In this document: positions 44,872 to 57,092 of the stretch, piece by piece
Layout: each line of letters starts with the position of its first letter
Numbering within the stretch: the stretch's first letter is position 1
Origin: Rhynchopus sp. YZ270_cl-10
Lineage: Eukaryota
Assembly: GCA_964035575.1 (NCBI GenBank)
Contig: OZ037841.1
Coordinates: 1,054,001-1,118,000, forward strand
Length of the DNA stretch: 64,000 bases
Direction: 5' to 3'
The notes under the pieces: generated by a model
The model's input: the letters and a program-made list of their open reading frames with translations, nothing else
Database searches by the model: none
Told to the model about the DNA's origin: nothing
Made by a program: the position numbers and the translations under genes

Positions 44872-47800
44872 ATGTCCTGCGAGGAGCGTCTCTACCTACG
44901 CTGCACCGGCGTAGGGAAAGTCATTGACCGCATCCTTGCCGAGGTCGTCCGCGAGCGTCCTGCCCAGCCGTACCACTACATGGCACGGCGTGTGGAGGAG
45001 ATTGGCAAGGAGATGGACGCTCGCCGCGAAGCCTCCGCACGTCTCCAAAACGGCTTCACCCCAAAGCAGTATGCACGCACACACCGCAAGGTCCGACGCC
45101 AGACCGCAAACCAAGAGCCCCCTCCCGACACCTCTACACGTTGGAAGTCTTCACGCACCCAACCCACCACCCAAGACGACGACCTAGGCGCCCTCGAAGG
45201 ATTTGGTGATGCTATCGACCTAGCACCACCTTCTCCATCACCTCCCTCGGAGGAGCCCGACACCGACCCCCAACCTGAACCTGAACCCACCCCTGAAGAG
45301 GCATTCGAACCCGAGGATGGGGCAAGTGCGTTCGCGGTGTGCGGTTCTGTGGCTGAAGAGGAAGTGGAGACCTCACGAGAGGAGGAGGTCGTGGAGACTG
45401 CAGTGTCACCTAGGGAACCTCCCCCGTCTTCTCCCCCTTCTTCTCCTCCTCCTCCCACCGACCCTGTGGTGGTGGCAACCTGTTCGACGGTGCGGCGTAT
45501 CACGATCACACAGCTGTACAAATTTAAGGTAGAAGGCCTTCGCCAGGGAAGGCGCTTGGTCAAACAGTATGACGCAGCACCAACACGGATTGCCAAGGCG
45601 AAGGGGGTGAAGTTCAATACACGAGGTTTCCACAGTAGGCAGGAGCAGGGCGAGATTGGAGCGTGGCTGGGTGGTGTCGGGAGTGTCTGGACCTACCACG
45701 ACCTTGTTACGGTGGCGTTTCGTGACCCTGCCACAGCGAAGCTGCTCTCGGAGACGTTTCTTGTCAAGAAAATTGCGCAACCCCTTGCGCTCCGCTCTGT
45801 CGGGTCTACTGTCGACCTTTGCACACTTCTCGACGAAATTCTTTACTACGATCTTCTAAAGCAGGAAACACTCTATCGTGCCAATGCAGCAGGCTTCACA
45901 CTCTACGGCGAAACGCTTGCAAAGCAAGAAAGCCCCCTCTCCAGCGCCTTCCTACAACGCCTTAGCGAGAAGGCTGCTTCGTGGATGGCTATGCAGAAGG
46001 GCTTTCCTCGCGAGGTCCATACTACAGAACGCACACCGCACATCGAGGACAACGTTCTGTTCGCAAAGGAAGGGATAACAGATGCAAACGAATCCTCCGA
46101 ACCCAGCTCAGAGTGTGACGCAGGGCTGTATACGCACAGTATTGGGAAACAATATGTCATTTCCTTGCGCATCTTCTTCGAGGTAGCTGAGGTCGTTGAA
46201 CAGGAGTACCTGACTGGTGCACGACGTTTTGTGTCAGATGCTGCAAAAGAGTTTAAAAGGCGTGCCGCAAATTCTGAGGTGCTCTCGACGGTGGAGTTGT
46301 GGCATTACCCGTTGGTGTGTGTGTTTGTTTCGTGTAGGTTTGGCAGCCAGCTCCCTGGAGAGGAGTGGACGAAGTGGTTGTTGGCGGACCGCCCTGAGGG
46401 GGGTACGGTGCGTGAAGCGCTTACGTTGCACACAAATCTATTCTGCATTCTGTGGACGCATCTGTGGCGTCTCGCAGCACTGCACCCGGTCACACCTTCG
46501 CTTGCATCCCCGCTTATTAGCTTCTTCGATAAGGAGGTGATGAAGGTTGTGCATGACATCGTTGCACTGCAGGAGCTCGCTTCTCAAGGAGATGACAGTG
46601 GACTCTGCAGCCCGCTTCCTCCGCACCCTCTCCTCCGGCTTGACTGGGTTCGACAGCGTCTGAAGAAGGAGCCCCTCCCAGAGGGGAGCAGTGGTGTCGC
46701 ACAGCGGCTGGCGTGGAATGCAGAGACAGCGTTGCATACGTCACTGCTGCGGCGGTTTGCGGTGTCGTACAGTGTGGTGGCGAAGGGCATGCCGTGGGAG
46801 GTGGAGGGTGCTGCGGTGGATGTGATGCAGGAGTGTCGGCGGTTTTGGGAGAACAGCTTCGGGGAGGGGCGTGTGGTAGTGCGGACGGACGTCTTCCAGG
46901 ATGCCTTTGTGAAGCATATTAATGAGAGTGGTGGGACCTCGCTGGCAGGCATGATACGCAGCATGCATAAGGGGTCGTACCTCGCAGAGCGTGGCGGTGC
47001 CTTCACCGCAGCGAACGACCCGCATGCGCTGACGTGTGTGGTCTCGATGCTGCTGTCCTTCCTCGACTATTTCCAGAATGGGACCAGTTTGGTGTCGCAG
47101 TTCGTGCTCTTCTTTGCGTGCATTGCTCCGCAGGGTGAAACGACGTCGTATCTTGCGCGTGCGTTGGTGGAGCTTGCGAATGTGTATGTTCTCAACATCT
47201 TGATCCCGTCTGCGCTTGACTCATATTCCGCAAGCTTGTCTGCCATCACAATGCACCAGGTCGCAACGCTGCCGGAACGTGCCGCGTTTTCGCTGAGGGG
47301 GGGCCCGCGTGCATTTGGTATGGTGGCACGGCGGCGTGGGGCGTGGCACATTGAGCACTTCCCCGAGCAGACCTCGCTGTCTGCAGCGCTCTCTCTCTAC
47401 CTCGGGACGCAGCAACGTGGCGGGGAGAAGTACTTCCGCACACTCCACGAGCTCACACGGCATATGACAGCGACAGTGCAGCCGTACCTCAAACAAGACA
47501 CGGAAATGGTTGTCGTCGCGACGGACCTGCTGTTGTGCTACCGTCCGATGGCAGAGGTCGAGGTTGTCAAGGCGCTGTGCAGGCGGCTCCACCAGGTCGG
47601 CGGGTACTCCGGTGAGCGTCTTGCTTTGGTTCTTGCGCCACTTCTGGTCTACAGTGCGAGTGTGGACGTGCTTCTCGAGAGCAGGGTCGTCTCTGCTCTC
47701 AAGGAGACGTGGCTCTCGGCAGACGCAGCCTGCTGGGCCGCTGGGCGAGCTGTGGCGCTCTCCCTTCTGCCGGCGGAGACGCTCACGCAGGCGACCTCAG

Positions 47801-48018
47801 GCATGCAGCTGGAGGAGTACCTCTTCCGCAATGCAGCGCTCTTAGCACGATCTGTCAGCGACATGGGCGGGCCAGGTGCATACGTCTCCGCACTCTCGAG
47901 CGCGCACGAGGCCGTGGAAGAACCTCCTCAGACAGCTCCACAGCAAGCACCCCAAGCTGCAGCAAACATTCTAAAGAAGAAGCCAGGGAAGAAAGAGAAG
48001 GGGAGGAGGGCGGTGTAG
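44872..48018 (+). CDS. Large protein with N-terminal Dpy-30/RIIa-like docking motif and possible degenerate RhoGAP-like C-terminus
   Basis: YL...GV..VI..IL..VV.ERP..PY.YMA docking motif; LCRRLHQV..ERLALVLAPLL weakly resembles RhoGAP; 1048-aa intronless ORF. Confidence 0.65.
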   Translation: MSCEERLYLRCTGVGKVIDRILAEVVRERPAQPYHYMARRVEEIGKEMDARREASARLQNGFTPKQYARTHRKVRRQTANQEPPPDTSTRWKSSRTQPTTQDDDLGALEGFGDAIDLAPPSPSPPSEEPDTDPQPEPEPTPEEAFEPEDGASAFAVCGSVAEEEVETSREEEVVETAVSPREPPPSSPPSSPPPPTDPVVVATCSTVRRITITQLYKFKVEGLRQGRRLVKQYDAAPTRIAKAKGVKFNTRGFHSRQEQGEIGAWLGGVGSVWTYHDLVTVAFRDPATAKLLSETFLVKKIAQPLALRSVGSTVDLCTLLDEILYYDLLKQETLYRANAAGFTLYGETLAKQESPLSSAFLQRLSEKAASWMAMQKGFPREVHTTERTPHIEDNVLFAKEGITDANESSEPSSECDAGLYTHSIGKQYVISLRIFFEVAEVVEQEYLTGARRFVSDAAKEFKRRAANSEVLSTVELWHYPLVCVFVSCRFGSQLPGEEWTKWLLADRPEGGTVREALTLHTNLFCILWTHLWRLAALHPVTPSLASPLISFFDKEVMKVVHDIVALQELASQGDDSGLCSPLPPHPLLRLDWVRQRLKKEPLPEGSSGVAQRLAWNAETALHTSLLRRFAVSYSVVAKGMPWEVEGAAVDVMQECRRFWENSFGEGRVVVRTDVFQDAFVKHINESGGTSLAGMIRSMHKGSYLAERGGAFTAANDPHALTCVVSMLLSFLDYFQNGTSLVSQFVLFFACIAPQGETTSYLARALVELANVYVLNILIPSALDSYSASLSAITMHQVATLPERAAFSLRGGPRAFGMVARRRGAWHIEHFPEQTSLSAALSLYLGTQQRGGEKYFRTLHELTRHMTATVQPYLKQDTEMVVVATDLLLCYRPMAEVEVVKALCRRLHQVGGYSGERLALVLAPLLVYSASVDVLLESRVVSALKETWLSADAACWAAGRAVALSLLPAETLTQATSGMQLEEYLFRNAALLARSVSDMGGPGAYVSALSSAHEAVEEPPQTAPQQAPQAAANILKKKPGKKEKGRRAV

Positions 48019-48301
48019 GTGGCAAGAGAGAGAGAGAGAGGGAGAGGGAGAGAGCTATGAGAAATTAACCTTTGCTTATTCAGAAAAAGGGTATTGCCCA
48101 TTTACACAAAAAAGAACAACTCCTTTTGCGACCCATGTTTTTATCTTGAATGTTCCCTGTCACTCCCCTTGACCTTCGCTCTTGTGTGTGATACTCCTCC
48201 TCCTGCGCTCTATGAGAGTATGTTTGGTTCCTAAAAGCTGCCACCTCTTGCATGTAAGAAGTATCCCCCTTAGACAGACAGAGCCACACGAGAAAACATC
48301 T

Positions 48302-48705
48302 TCATGTGTTGTCCTGTGGCTCTGCATCCGTCCCGCTATGCACCGTTGAATAGCGAGCCCAGAGGACCCATGCTTCAGACCGCCTGTCTACCCCACCCCA
48401 CGCAGCTGTCGTGGTGCTCTGCCGAGCAGCAGTCGGCTCCAGACACAGGGCGCCATTTGCATTGGTCGAGTTCCTGTCGCGTTGCATTGTATAATCCCTG
48501 TGGAAGGAGTTCGAGAAGGATCTTTGCGATGATGTCGTGGTCTCTTCCGATCGGAATCAAAAATCGCGTTGGTTTTGATGCCTTCTCCTTCCCTCGCTGC
48601 TTGGCACGTTTGTACTTCACCCAGAAGCCGAGCTGCGGGTCCTCTGTAATTGCCGCTTAGGGACAGGTTTTTCAGCTCGCACCCTCTCGCACCGCTGTAG
48701 TGCAT
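48302..48705 (-). pseudogene. Decayed tyrosine-recombinase fragment (YR-element remnant)
   Basis: Read across two frameshifts: SGARGCELKNL / FWVKYKRAKQRG..RFLIP / TAARQSTTTAAWGGV. These resemble YR box I, the catalytic Lys region and box II. Confidence 0.4.
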
Positions 48706-48887
48706 ACAAGCACTAAAAACTTGACGTATCAGCCAGTACCGGTAGCGTTTCCTCTACCCGACACATCGTCGAAAAAAATCTCATCACTGATTTAGGTCAT
48801 CTTTTCGAACATTGACGTCATTTGTTTTTACCCACCCCAGTACAGTCAGAACACGTTACAGGGAAATTATTATCAACACAACAAAAT

Positions 48888-49742
48888 ATGCAGACCACGA
48901 AAGTACTTGCCGCCGCACTGCTGTGCGCAACTGTGGAGGGCACAAGCCTGATCCCCACACCCCCTGCCTTCGACCCTAAGGGCTACTACCATGTGCGTCA
49001 GGACTACCGCAGGTGCGTGTCGCCGCTGTGCGGTGGGTACTGGCTGCGCAAGGTGAACCGCCGTCGCATGCGCTGTGCGGACGGGAAGAAGGCAGAGGAG
49101 TGCTACGTCGCCGACATCGTTGCCGACAGCGACTTCACCTTCAAGGGCCCGACCCAGCTGCTCAAGGGCAAGCACTGCACAAAGGAGTGGGACAACTTCG
49201 GAGAGCTCGGAACCTTCACGCTCGAGGTGGCCCACAGCCAGGCAAGCGAGACAGAGGGGACAGGCGCGTTTGTGGCTGTGAAGGACAACGGCATCCGCTG
49301 CATCACCCACCCCTGCCCGAGCATGACTGAGATCTTCCTCAACCGCAAGCGCTCCAGGAACATCGCAGACCTGCAGTTCAGCGAGGAGCTGGACGCTGAG
49401 ATGGTGTCGTGGGCACGCAACAAGATCATGTCGGGAGAGGAGGTTGTCGTCTCTGGCAGACACAACCGTGTGACGGGACCTGCAGGCAAGGCTTTGGGCC
49501 TCAAGGTGAACCAGATCTACAAGGAGATCACCTGCCCCGCTGGATACTCCTGGCACAAGGAGGCCTGCCGCACCGCCTGGGGCTGTGCATTCCCTGAGAT
49601 CCAGCACACTGCCGCTGGCGGAGCCCCAATGGTCGGACCCGACGGAGAGGTCACAGGAACCCACATCACAACCTGCGTCAAGAGCTGCAACCCCCCGTCC
49701 TTCCTGAACGGACCTGGACAGTGCTACCTCGCACTTCCCTGA
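48888..49742 (+). CDS. Secreted DUF6748-like Cys-rich protein
   Basis: Signal peptide; YYHVRQDYRRCVSPLCGGYWL..N..RCADG..EECYVA and DNGIRCITHPCPS; intronless. Confidence 0.7.
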   Translation: MQTTKVLAAALLCATVEGTSLIPTPPAFDPKGYYHVRQDYRRCVSPLCGGYWLRKVNRRRMRCADGKKAEECYVADIVADSDFTFKGPTQLLKGKHCTKEWDNFGELGTFTLEVAHSQASETEGTGAFVAVKDNGIRCITHPCPSMTEIFLNRKRSRNIADLQFSEELDAEMVSWARNKIMSGEEVVVSGRHNRVTGPAGKALGLKVNQIYKEITCPAGYSWHKEACRTAWGCAFPEIQHTAAGGAPMVGPDGEVTGTHITTCVKSCNPPSFLNGPGQCYLALP

Positions 49743-50707
49743 GAGAGGACGCAAGTCCCTGTCATTTGATCACTGAGTTTCTTGCACAAAGTGAGATCCT
49801 TTTTATTATTTTTATTCTCTTTTTATTTGTTGCACCTTTTGGTGATGTAATTGGAAATCGGAAGAAATGAGCACTGCCTGGTTTTGTGATATCAATCTCT
49901 GATTCGGTTGCGCTTAATGACCCCTTTTCTGTTTTATTTTGAAACTATATTCACCAAGTTCGCCAGAGCAAACGTGGCGATTGCGAGGCGCAACAACGTT
50001 TTCGAAGCATTTTTTTTTTTCAACAGCAACGTTCTCAGCAACATCCCCCCCACCCCCTAAACAACACTGCGATACGCCTTTCAGCGAAGATGTGGTGGTC
50101 CCTCCCCCTTTTCTTTTTTTTTCCAGTGCCTCCGTCCCAGAGGCGTTTGCACTGTCAACTTCACTTCTTTTCTCTTTTTTCTTTTTGCGTCCGTATGATG
50201 ATGTTCGTGCGACCGTATTTTTTTGTTTTTGTTTTTTGTTTGCGTTCCGTATGAATCCTGATGTCACGGACCTGCCATATTCTTTTGCCCTCTTCAAAAC
50301 TATGTTTTAAAAAGGGGGAAAAATACAGCACCAGCAGCTTTTTCACGATACATGTATCCTTTTGTCTTTTGTTTTCACATGGTTTACCAAAGAGCTTACC
50401 CTACAAGGTAAGTAAACACGAAAACCTTAAAATTAAAGAACTTAAGTGTACCATGCATGTCTTATTCTTACAATAACCGCTGGCCCCAAGGCTACTGAAA
50501 AAAGTTATCACACCTCTCCCCAATGCTCCCTGATTGTCCGCTCCCCATTTTTAGTTCAACTTCACTACGCCGATTACTGAAATAGCCACTTTTCCCTTTC
50601 ACGCTTACAACTCCAGGGAAACAACACACAACACCTTCCCCCGCCCCCTTTTTTTTTGTACACAAATCATTTAGACACATCAGCCGTCTTTTGTCAAAGT
50701 AGTCATC

Positions 50708-51618
50708 ATGCCGGAGAAGGAACATAAGATCAGTAAAAAGAGAAAGTCTGCAGCAGCAGAGGGTGCACCGAAGAGGAAGAAGGCTAAGAGTTCGAACCCT
50801 GCAGCACGAGAGTCGGAGGAGATCAAGGAGAAGTTTACACCTGCGGTTGTACCACCGATCGCTGTACCGAAGATTGACAAGAGTGACTGGGAGAGAAACG
50901 GCAAACCGCAGGTGGTCTTTGTGCTTGAAAGCGCGGGTATTGCTATCACAGATCTGGGGAGACGGCGCAACCAAGTATTGCAGCACGACAAGGATGGGTC
51001 TTTCCTTGATGCAAAGCAGCAGCCAACATGGCTCTTCCGCCCTGACATTGTGCACCAGACGCTTCTCGCGATCTTCGATATGCCGCTGTGCAAGGAGGGG
51101 CACGTCAAGGTGTACATCAACACCATCAAACACAAGGCCATTGAGGTCTCATCTACTACACGTATTCCGCGTACGTTCAAGCGTTTTTGCGGGTTGATTT
51201 CGCAGCTGATTGACCAGAAGAAGGTGATCAACCCTGAAACAGACCAGCCCCTCTTCAAGGTGCTCGACTACCCTATCCGTCAATACGTCCAGGAGAATGC
51301 GCCCATCTACGGTCTCTGCTACAGCGAGTTCACAGACCCCGTGAACTCCTACCAGTTTGTTGAGAAGCTGCAGAAGCCTAAGAAGCGGTCCGACCCCTAC
51401 GCGTATTTCGTTATCCCCTGCCGTGATAATGCGCTCTGGCCTGAGGAGGAGGAGGGGTTCGGGACATACATTCAGGAGAAGCTTTGCATCACGCAGTACG
51501 AGGTTTGTCACTCTTTTTTTACCCATTTTTTTTATATTTCATTTCTCTCCATCAGACATCACCCGTCACGCTGATACACAAGCTGAGCAACGCATTTGAG
51601 CGTCATTGGGAAGTATAG
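50708..51618 (+). CDS. EMG1: 18S rRNA pseudouridine N1-methyltransferase EMG1/NEP1 (exons 50708-51502, 51556-51618)
   Basis: RPDIVHQTLL, VYINT, IEVS..TRIPRTFKRFCGL..QL; spliced C-terminus KLSNAFERHWEV*. Confidence 0.9.
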
Positions 51619-52542
51619 TACAGTACAGTACGCAGAGGAGAGAACCCAGCCAGCCGCTTTGGAGTGAACTGAGGCGGTCCGGGTGAAGATGCGCTACAGC
51701 AATAATAAAATGTTTTTTTTCGGCCAATGTGAGGGCGACCAAGAGGTCTGAAGTCCATCTTCCTGGCTTTCTTTCCGCCTCTCCCCGCGAAAATTGTTTT
51801 TCGCAAAGAACCCCCTCTTGAATAATAATGGCCGTTAAAGGGGGCAGAGCTGTACCCTAGCCTGCAGATGTTGTGTGCTTTGTGAGGCACATTGATATCA
51901 AGTTTTTTTGGGATGGGGGGGGAGCAAATTAGCAAAAAAAAAGCAAAAAAAGATGAGCATTTCGGAAAAAAAAAGAGCACACGAACGAAAGAAAACAAAG
52001 GTCTCAAAAAAAAAATCACATATGAGAAGGAAATACAAAAGAAGAAAATGCCCACCCCTCCTTACATTTTTTTGACTTCATCATGTTTCTTTTCACCCAA
52101 ATCCTATCCAGCATTGCCTCTACTGTTTACCCCATCAGAGCCTATCGACCACAGGACCGATTCGCATCGCATTTCTCTCAGAGTCGTGGACAGTCGATTT
52201 GTCCTGCCAGATTTGTCCAGCCAATTCATTTCAGGTTGACTGTGTTTGCACAGAATGCACTGGAAGGCGCGTCTGGTGTTTTTGATAACGATGGTGTCCA
52301 CGTGGCGCCGTCATAATTGGTTCGCTAGTCGGCTAAATGCGGGTTCACGTCAAGAAGTTTATGCACAGAATGCCCTGGAGGGCGGCCGCCTCTGTTCCAA
52401 AGTACTCCCTGTCCACCTACCAGGAGTACGCCCATACCCATTCTGATGGCATTATTCCACTTTCGTATCAACCCCCTATTGTTAATCATATTTGCAGGAT
52501 TACCCACCACCACCACCACCACCCTCATCCACAACTCATCTC

Positions 52543-52959
52543 ATGGGTGCAAAGAAGCCTGAGGTTGAGGAGGAGATCGAGGAGATCCCTCCACGCAACC
52601 ACCGTGCCACTTTAGAAGGCGAGGAGAGTGCTCCACAAGCTGTTCCGAAGGAGGAGGACTTACCAGGGGTTCCTGTGCATGATGTACATGACACCCCTGC
52701 ACCTGGGCACTTACCACCTGGGCACCCTCTGCATGGTGTTCCTCTTCCTGTGCATGTTGCACCGCCACTGCACCATGTGCCAATGTTCTGCGACCCCTTG
52801 GCCGCCTACGGATTCGAAGGTTATGCACCCCCACCCGCACCTCTTTACCCCGGGTTTGGTGTGGATATGTTTCCTCCGCCGCTCTATGGGTGTGCCATCC
52901 CGCCCATGATGCACCCGGCCTTCCCTGTTCCAATGGAGGTGCATCCGGTATTGTTCTGA
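52543..52959 (+). CDS. Small Pro/His-rich hypothetical protein
   Basis: ATG-initiated GC-rich ORF of low complexity. Confidence 0.45.
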   Translation: MGAKKPEVEEEIEEIPPRNHRATLEGEESAPQAVPKEEDLPGVPVHDVHDTPAPGHLPPGHPLHGVPLPVHVAPPLHHVPMFCDPLAAYGFEGYAPPPAPLYPGFGVDMFPPPLYGCAIPPMMHPAFPVPMEVHPVLF

Positions 52960-54489
52960 GTGTGATGGGATGCGGTCGTAGAAGCAAAAAAAAAGCAAAA
53001 TGGTAGTTTGATCCGTCGATGCCTTTTGAGATGTTTTATAGTAACGTCACATTGCAGGAGGAGTGGGAGGAACGCTTTGAGGAGTGTCTGGGGTGCATTT
53101 TTTTTTAGTATCTTCCAAGCATTGGCAAAGAGGAAATATAATTGGCGGGGTGCGTTGCCTGCGAATTGTTTTTTTTTTAAATCCAGGATCTGTTTTACCA
53201 TACACTCACATACAGCGAAAACCGCAATTTTGCGGAGCGAAAAAAGAAAAACGTTGTTTTTTTAAAATCCGGAAAAAAGGATGTTTTATCTTTTCAAGAA
53301 CAGTGCCTGCGTCTGGTGTACGGTGAGGCGTTTGTACTTTCAACGTCTTTTCTTTCAAGGACGTTTTTTTTTCTGACTGGATCATTGTTCTTGCTATCCC
53401 CACCGTCTCATTGCCTCGCATATTTGGGGTAAACCCAATAGCTTTTGGTTATGTGTGTGTGGTTCACGTTTTTAGTCTCAACATTTTAGCTTTGTTCTTA
53501 TTGTGTACCGCTGTCGATCAGCACGGAAAATTTTTTTTCAAAAAAAAAAAAATCTTACAAAGCTTGACTTCTTTTCTATATCAGCATAAAATTATTTTAC
53601 CGCAGTAATCGATAGTCAAGCATATAGCTGTGCCTTGTGGTGTATCCCAAGCATAGCGGGTGGCTGTTTTGCTATGCAAAAATAAAATGTTTCTTTTTTA
53701 AAACCTTAACTCATCCATCCTTTATGACAGTGAGACGGCATATATCAGATGCTTTCATCCGGATGGCTGGCATCGTGGGTCAGTCGGAGGTGTGTGCCTG
53801 CATCAATAACTACCATTTATCATAAGCAAATTCCTTTTTGCATGTGTAGAGCGCACCGTTCATGTTTCATCTCCCAAAAACGATGCCATTACAGTAAAAT
53901 TTGTGTTCTCGTTTTTTTTATTCCTACGAAGCTTGCTTTAAAGGAGAAATAGTATTACCGGAGTACGGTCGCCAAATCATTCCTCAAACAGGAGGATTTT
54001 GTGCAATCAACGAAAACAGCTTTACTTACCCGATTCCTACTATTTTGAGTCTCTTCTGGTCAAAAGCTACACCCTTGTAGGGGGAGCACAAAGAGACCAG
54101 TCTTTTTTTCCTCATGGTGACTAAGCGAGAGATTGCTTAGGATGTTATCAACTATTCTCTTCGACTGTTTCAATACACTCGTTTTGTCGAAAAAAAAAAT
54201 ACCCCCCCCCCCACCATCCCCTTACCACCTTGCTGTATGACTTCCCTCTGTTCGCTTTTCTCTATCCCCACCCAGATTGTATACCTTCGTTATATAAAGT
54301 GTATTATCCGATGCGGGTTTTTATGCCCTTCGTGGGTGATTTCCCCCATTTTCCCCCTTCTTTTCTAAACTGCTGAAGCTAAAGTACTGGAGGAAAAAAA
54401 AAAAAAGGATTTTTTTTTTTGTCATTTCATAGTTTTTCACTCAAATATTCTGGCAGTTCTACTACGCACACAAAAAAAACAAACAAACC

Positions 54490-55134
54490 ATGTCTCTCTG
54501 CTGTGACTATGATGTTCTGCTGAAGGTGATTGTGATTGGCGACTCTGGTGTAGGCAAGTCGTGTCTGCTGCACCGTTACACAGAGGACATCTACGAGCCC
54601 TACTACATCGCAACGATTGGTGTCGACTTTAAGGTCGACACCTTCGAACGTCAAGGCAAGATCGTCAAGCTTCAGCTCTGGGACACTGCAGGGCAGGAGC
54701 GTTTCCGCACCATTATCACCACATACTACCGGTCGGCGCATGGCGTGATGCTGTGCTACGATGTGACGGACCGTGAGACCTTCACACACCTGCAGCGTTG
54801 GGTGAAGGAGGTGGAGGAGTATGCGAGGGACAACATCCCCTTTGTGCTTGTGGGGTTGAAGGCGGATCTGCCTAAGGTTGTTTCGACTGAGGAGGCCGCA
54901 GAGTTTGCGGATATGCACAACATGAAGCACATTGAGGTGAGCTCACTGAACGGATCGCATGTGAGAAGTGCGGTGACGCTTGCTGTGGATGAAGCGCTCT
55001 CTTTGCGCTGTGAAGACATCGAGTTGGAGACAGAAGAGCGCAAAAGGGCGCTCAGAATCCAGCAGGCGCGAAGCCTCCCCGCACCCAAGCGCATGTCATG
55101 CATTCAAAGAATGAAAGGCGTGTTGGGGCTGTGA
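54490..55134 (+). CDS. Rab1-like small GTPase, paralog 1
   Basis: GDSGVGKS, IATIGVDFK, LQLWDTAGQERFRTI, GLKAD. Confidence 0.92.
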   Translation: MSLCCDYDVLLKVIVIGDSGVGKSCLLHRYTEDIYEPYYIATIGVDFKVDTFERQGKIVKLQLWDTAGQERFRTIITTYYRSAHGVMLCYDVTDRETFTHLQRWVKEVEEYARDNIPFVLVGLKADLPKVVSTEEAAEFADMHNMKHIEVSSLNGSHVRSAVTLAVDEALSLRCEDIELETEERKRALRIQQARSLPAPKRMSCIQRMKGVLGL

Positions 55135-56088
55135 AATTTATTCCGATATCCCACGCCAAGTTCCAGGCCCATCTACCCCCCTGGAATCTGTGGTGTTGTT
55201 GACATGTTATTATTTTAGTATTTTGTTGCCCGATTTTACAACGAGAAGAAAGGTGGCAACGGAAGTGGTTGCATATCTGTGAGGTTGTTGTGAATTGTAG
55301 GTAACTTCTTGTGTTTTTCTGAAAATGTTTATGTGCCTTCCAGGGTTTGTAATATTTTTTCAAGATTTGTTTTCCTTTTTTTTTGTTGCTTTTCCTCTGT
55401 TTCCCCCGTTTAACAAAAACCCCCCCCTCTTTCTCACAGAGTTTGCTTGTTTTTTTCTGAAGCGTTCGCTCTAGCCAATTCGCTACAGGAAAAAGAAAAA
55501 AAGTGTTGTTCGAGTACAGAAACGTTATTCCTTACCTAGGTGTAAAAGTGATGGTCAATTACAACACAAAAAAAGAGTGTCTTAATATTGTTCATATCGT
55601 AATGTCATTACATTGCCTTGAGAGTCTTAAGCGTTTCTGTACTCCGCTTGGTGGACCTTCTGTAGCTGTGCAGAAGAGGGGTTCAGAGGAGTTCCGCACA
55701 TTTTTTCTCTTTATCGTGCTCGAAAAGTTTAGGTACCTTTAGTGCACCGTATTATACCTTCTATTCAGTAGAATAGTTAGTATATGAAACGATCTACATC
55801 GTGCTGGAGACGACGCTGATGGACAAAAATGGACAAAACTCCATTCGATTGAAAATATTATCGTCATCTTTATCGTGCTCTTTAGGTTTCGATAACCCGC
55901 AGACAACCAGTCTATTGTTATTCATTCACAGGTGTCCGGTAAGGTGTTTCCACCTTCAGCCTTTCCTTTAGTCCTAGGTGTTCTGCTCCCCTCACTCTTC
56001 CCCGACTCTCTATGATCACACAAACCAATCAGGGTGCTTTTTTTTTGTTTTTGTATCGTGTAGTGCACGAAAGCTAAGACAGTACACT

Positions 56089-56727
56089 ATGTCCCCACGG
56101 AGCACTGACTATGACGTTCTTCTGAAGGTGATTGTGATTGGCGACTCTGGTGTAGGCAAGTCGTGTCTGCTGCACCGTTACACAGAGGATGCATTTGACC
56201 CTTTGTACATCGCAACGATTGGTGTCGACTTCAAGGTCGACACCTTCGAACGTCAAGGAAAAGTTGTCAAACTTCAGCTCTGGGACACTGCAGGGCAGGA
56301 GCGTTTCCGCACCATCGCTACGACATACTACAGGACAGCGCATTGTGTGATGCTGTGCTACGATGTGACGGACCGTGAGACCTTCACACACCTGCAGCGC
56401 TGGGTGAAGGAGGTGGAGGAGTATGCGAGGGACAACATCCCCTTTGTGCTTGTGGGGTTGAAGGCTGATTTACCTAAGCTGGTTTCGACTGAGGAGGCCG
56501 CAGAGTTTGCTCAGGCACGTGGCTTCAAACATATTGAAGTGAGTTCGAAGGAAGGGTCCGAAGTGCGGGAAGCTGTGAACCTTGCTGTAGACCAGGCTCT
56601 CAGCCTGCGCCCAGAGGACATTGCAATGGAGACCGAGGAGAGGAAGAAGCGTCTCTTTATCGACGGCGATGCCTCGACCGTCAGAGTTTCCTGTCTCAGC
56701 CGTTTCAAAAGGTTTCTTGGTATCTAG
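56089..56727 (+). CDS. Rab1-like small GTPase, paralog 2
   Basis: Same motifs as paralog 1; near-identical core DNA. Confidence 0.92.
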   Translation: MSPRSTDYDVLLKVIVIGDSGVGKSCLLHRYTEDAFDPLYIATIGVDFKVDTFERQGKVVKLQLWDTAGQERFRTIATTYYRTAHCVMLCYDVTDRETFTHLQRWVKEVEEYARDNIPFVLVGLKADLPKLVSTEEAAEFAQARGFKHIEVSSKEGSEVREAVNLAVDQALSLRPEDIAMETEERKKRLFIDGDASTVRVSCLSRFKRFLGI

Positions 56728-57092
56728 GAATACTATTTGTCCGAACTGACCAGAGAAAGTGGAAAAATATTAAAAAAGCAAGCGTGTGTGGTGAATTCTG
56801 TGGGTCTGTGGGGCAGTTTTTTAGGTTTTCTTCTGTTGCTGCAGTGTTTGTTATGTTCTCTATTGCGTGGAAGGCTTGTCGTCATTGGGTGATTGTGCTA
56901 GCTTTTCCCTCCATTCTGTCAGAGAATGTGTGTATGAGAGGTACATTCATCTCTCGAATTCTCTATTTTTTTCCCCCCAGCATTCTCCCTCGTTTCTTTA
57001 TGTACCCCTTTCGTTGTCTATCCTAGTGGGTGTGTCTTGATTATTTTCTTATTTTCTATAGTATTAGGTGTTGCAGGGAAGCTTGGTTGTGT

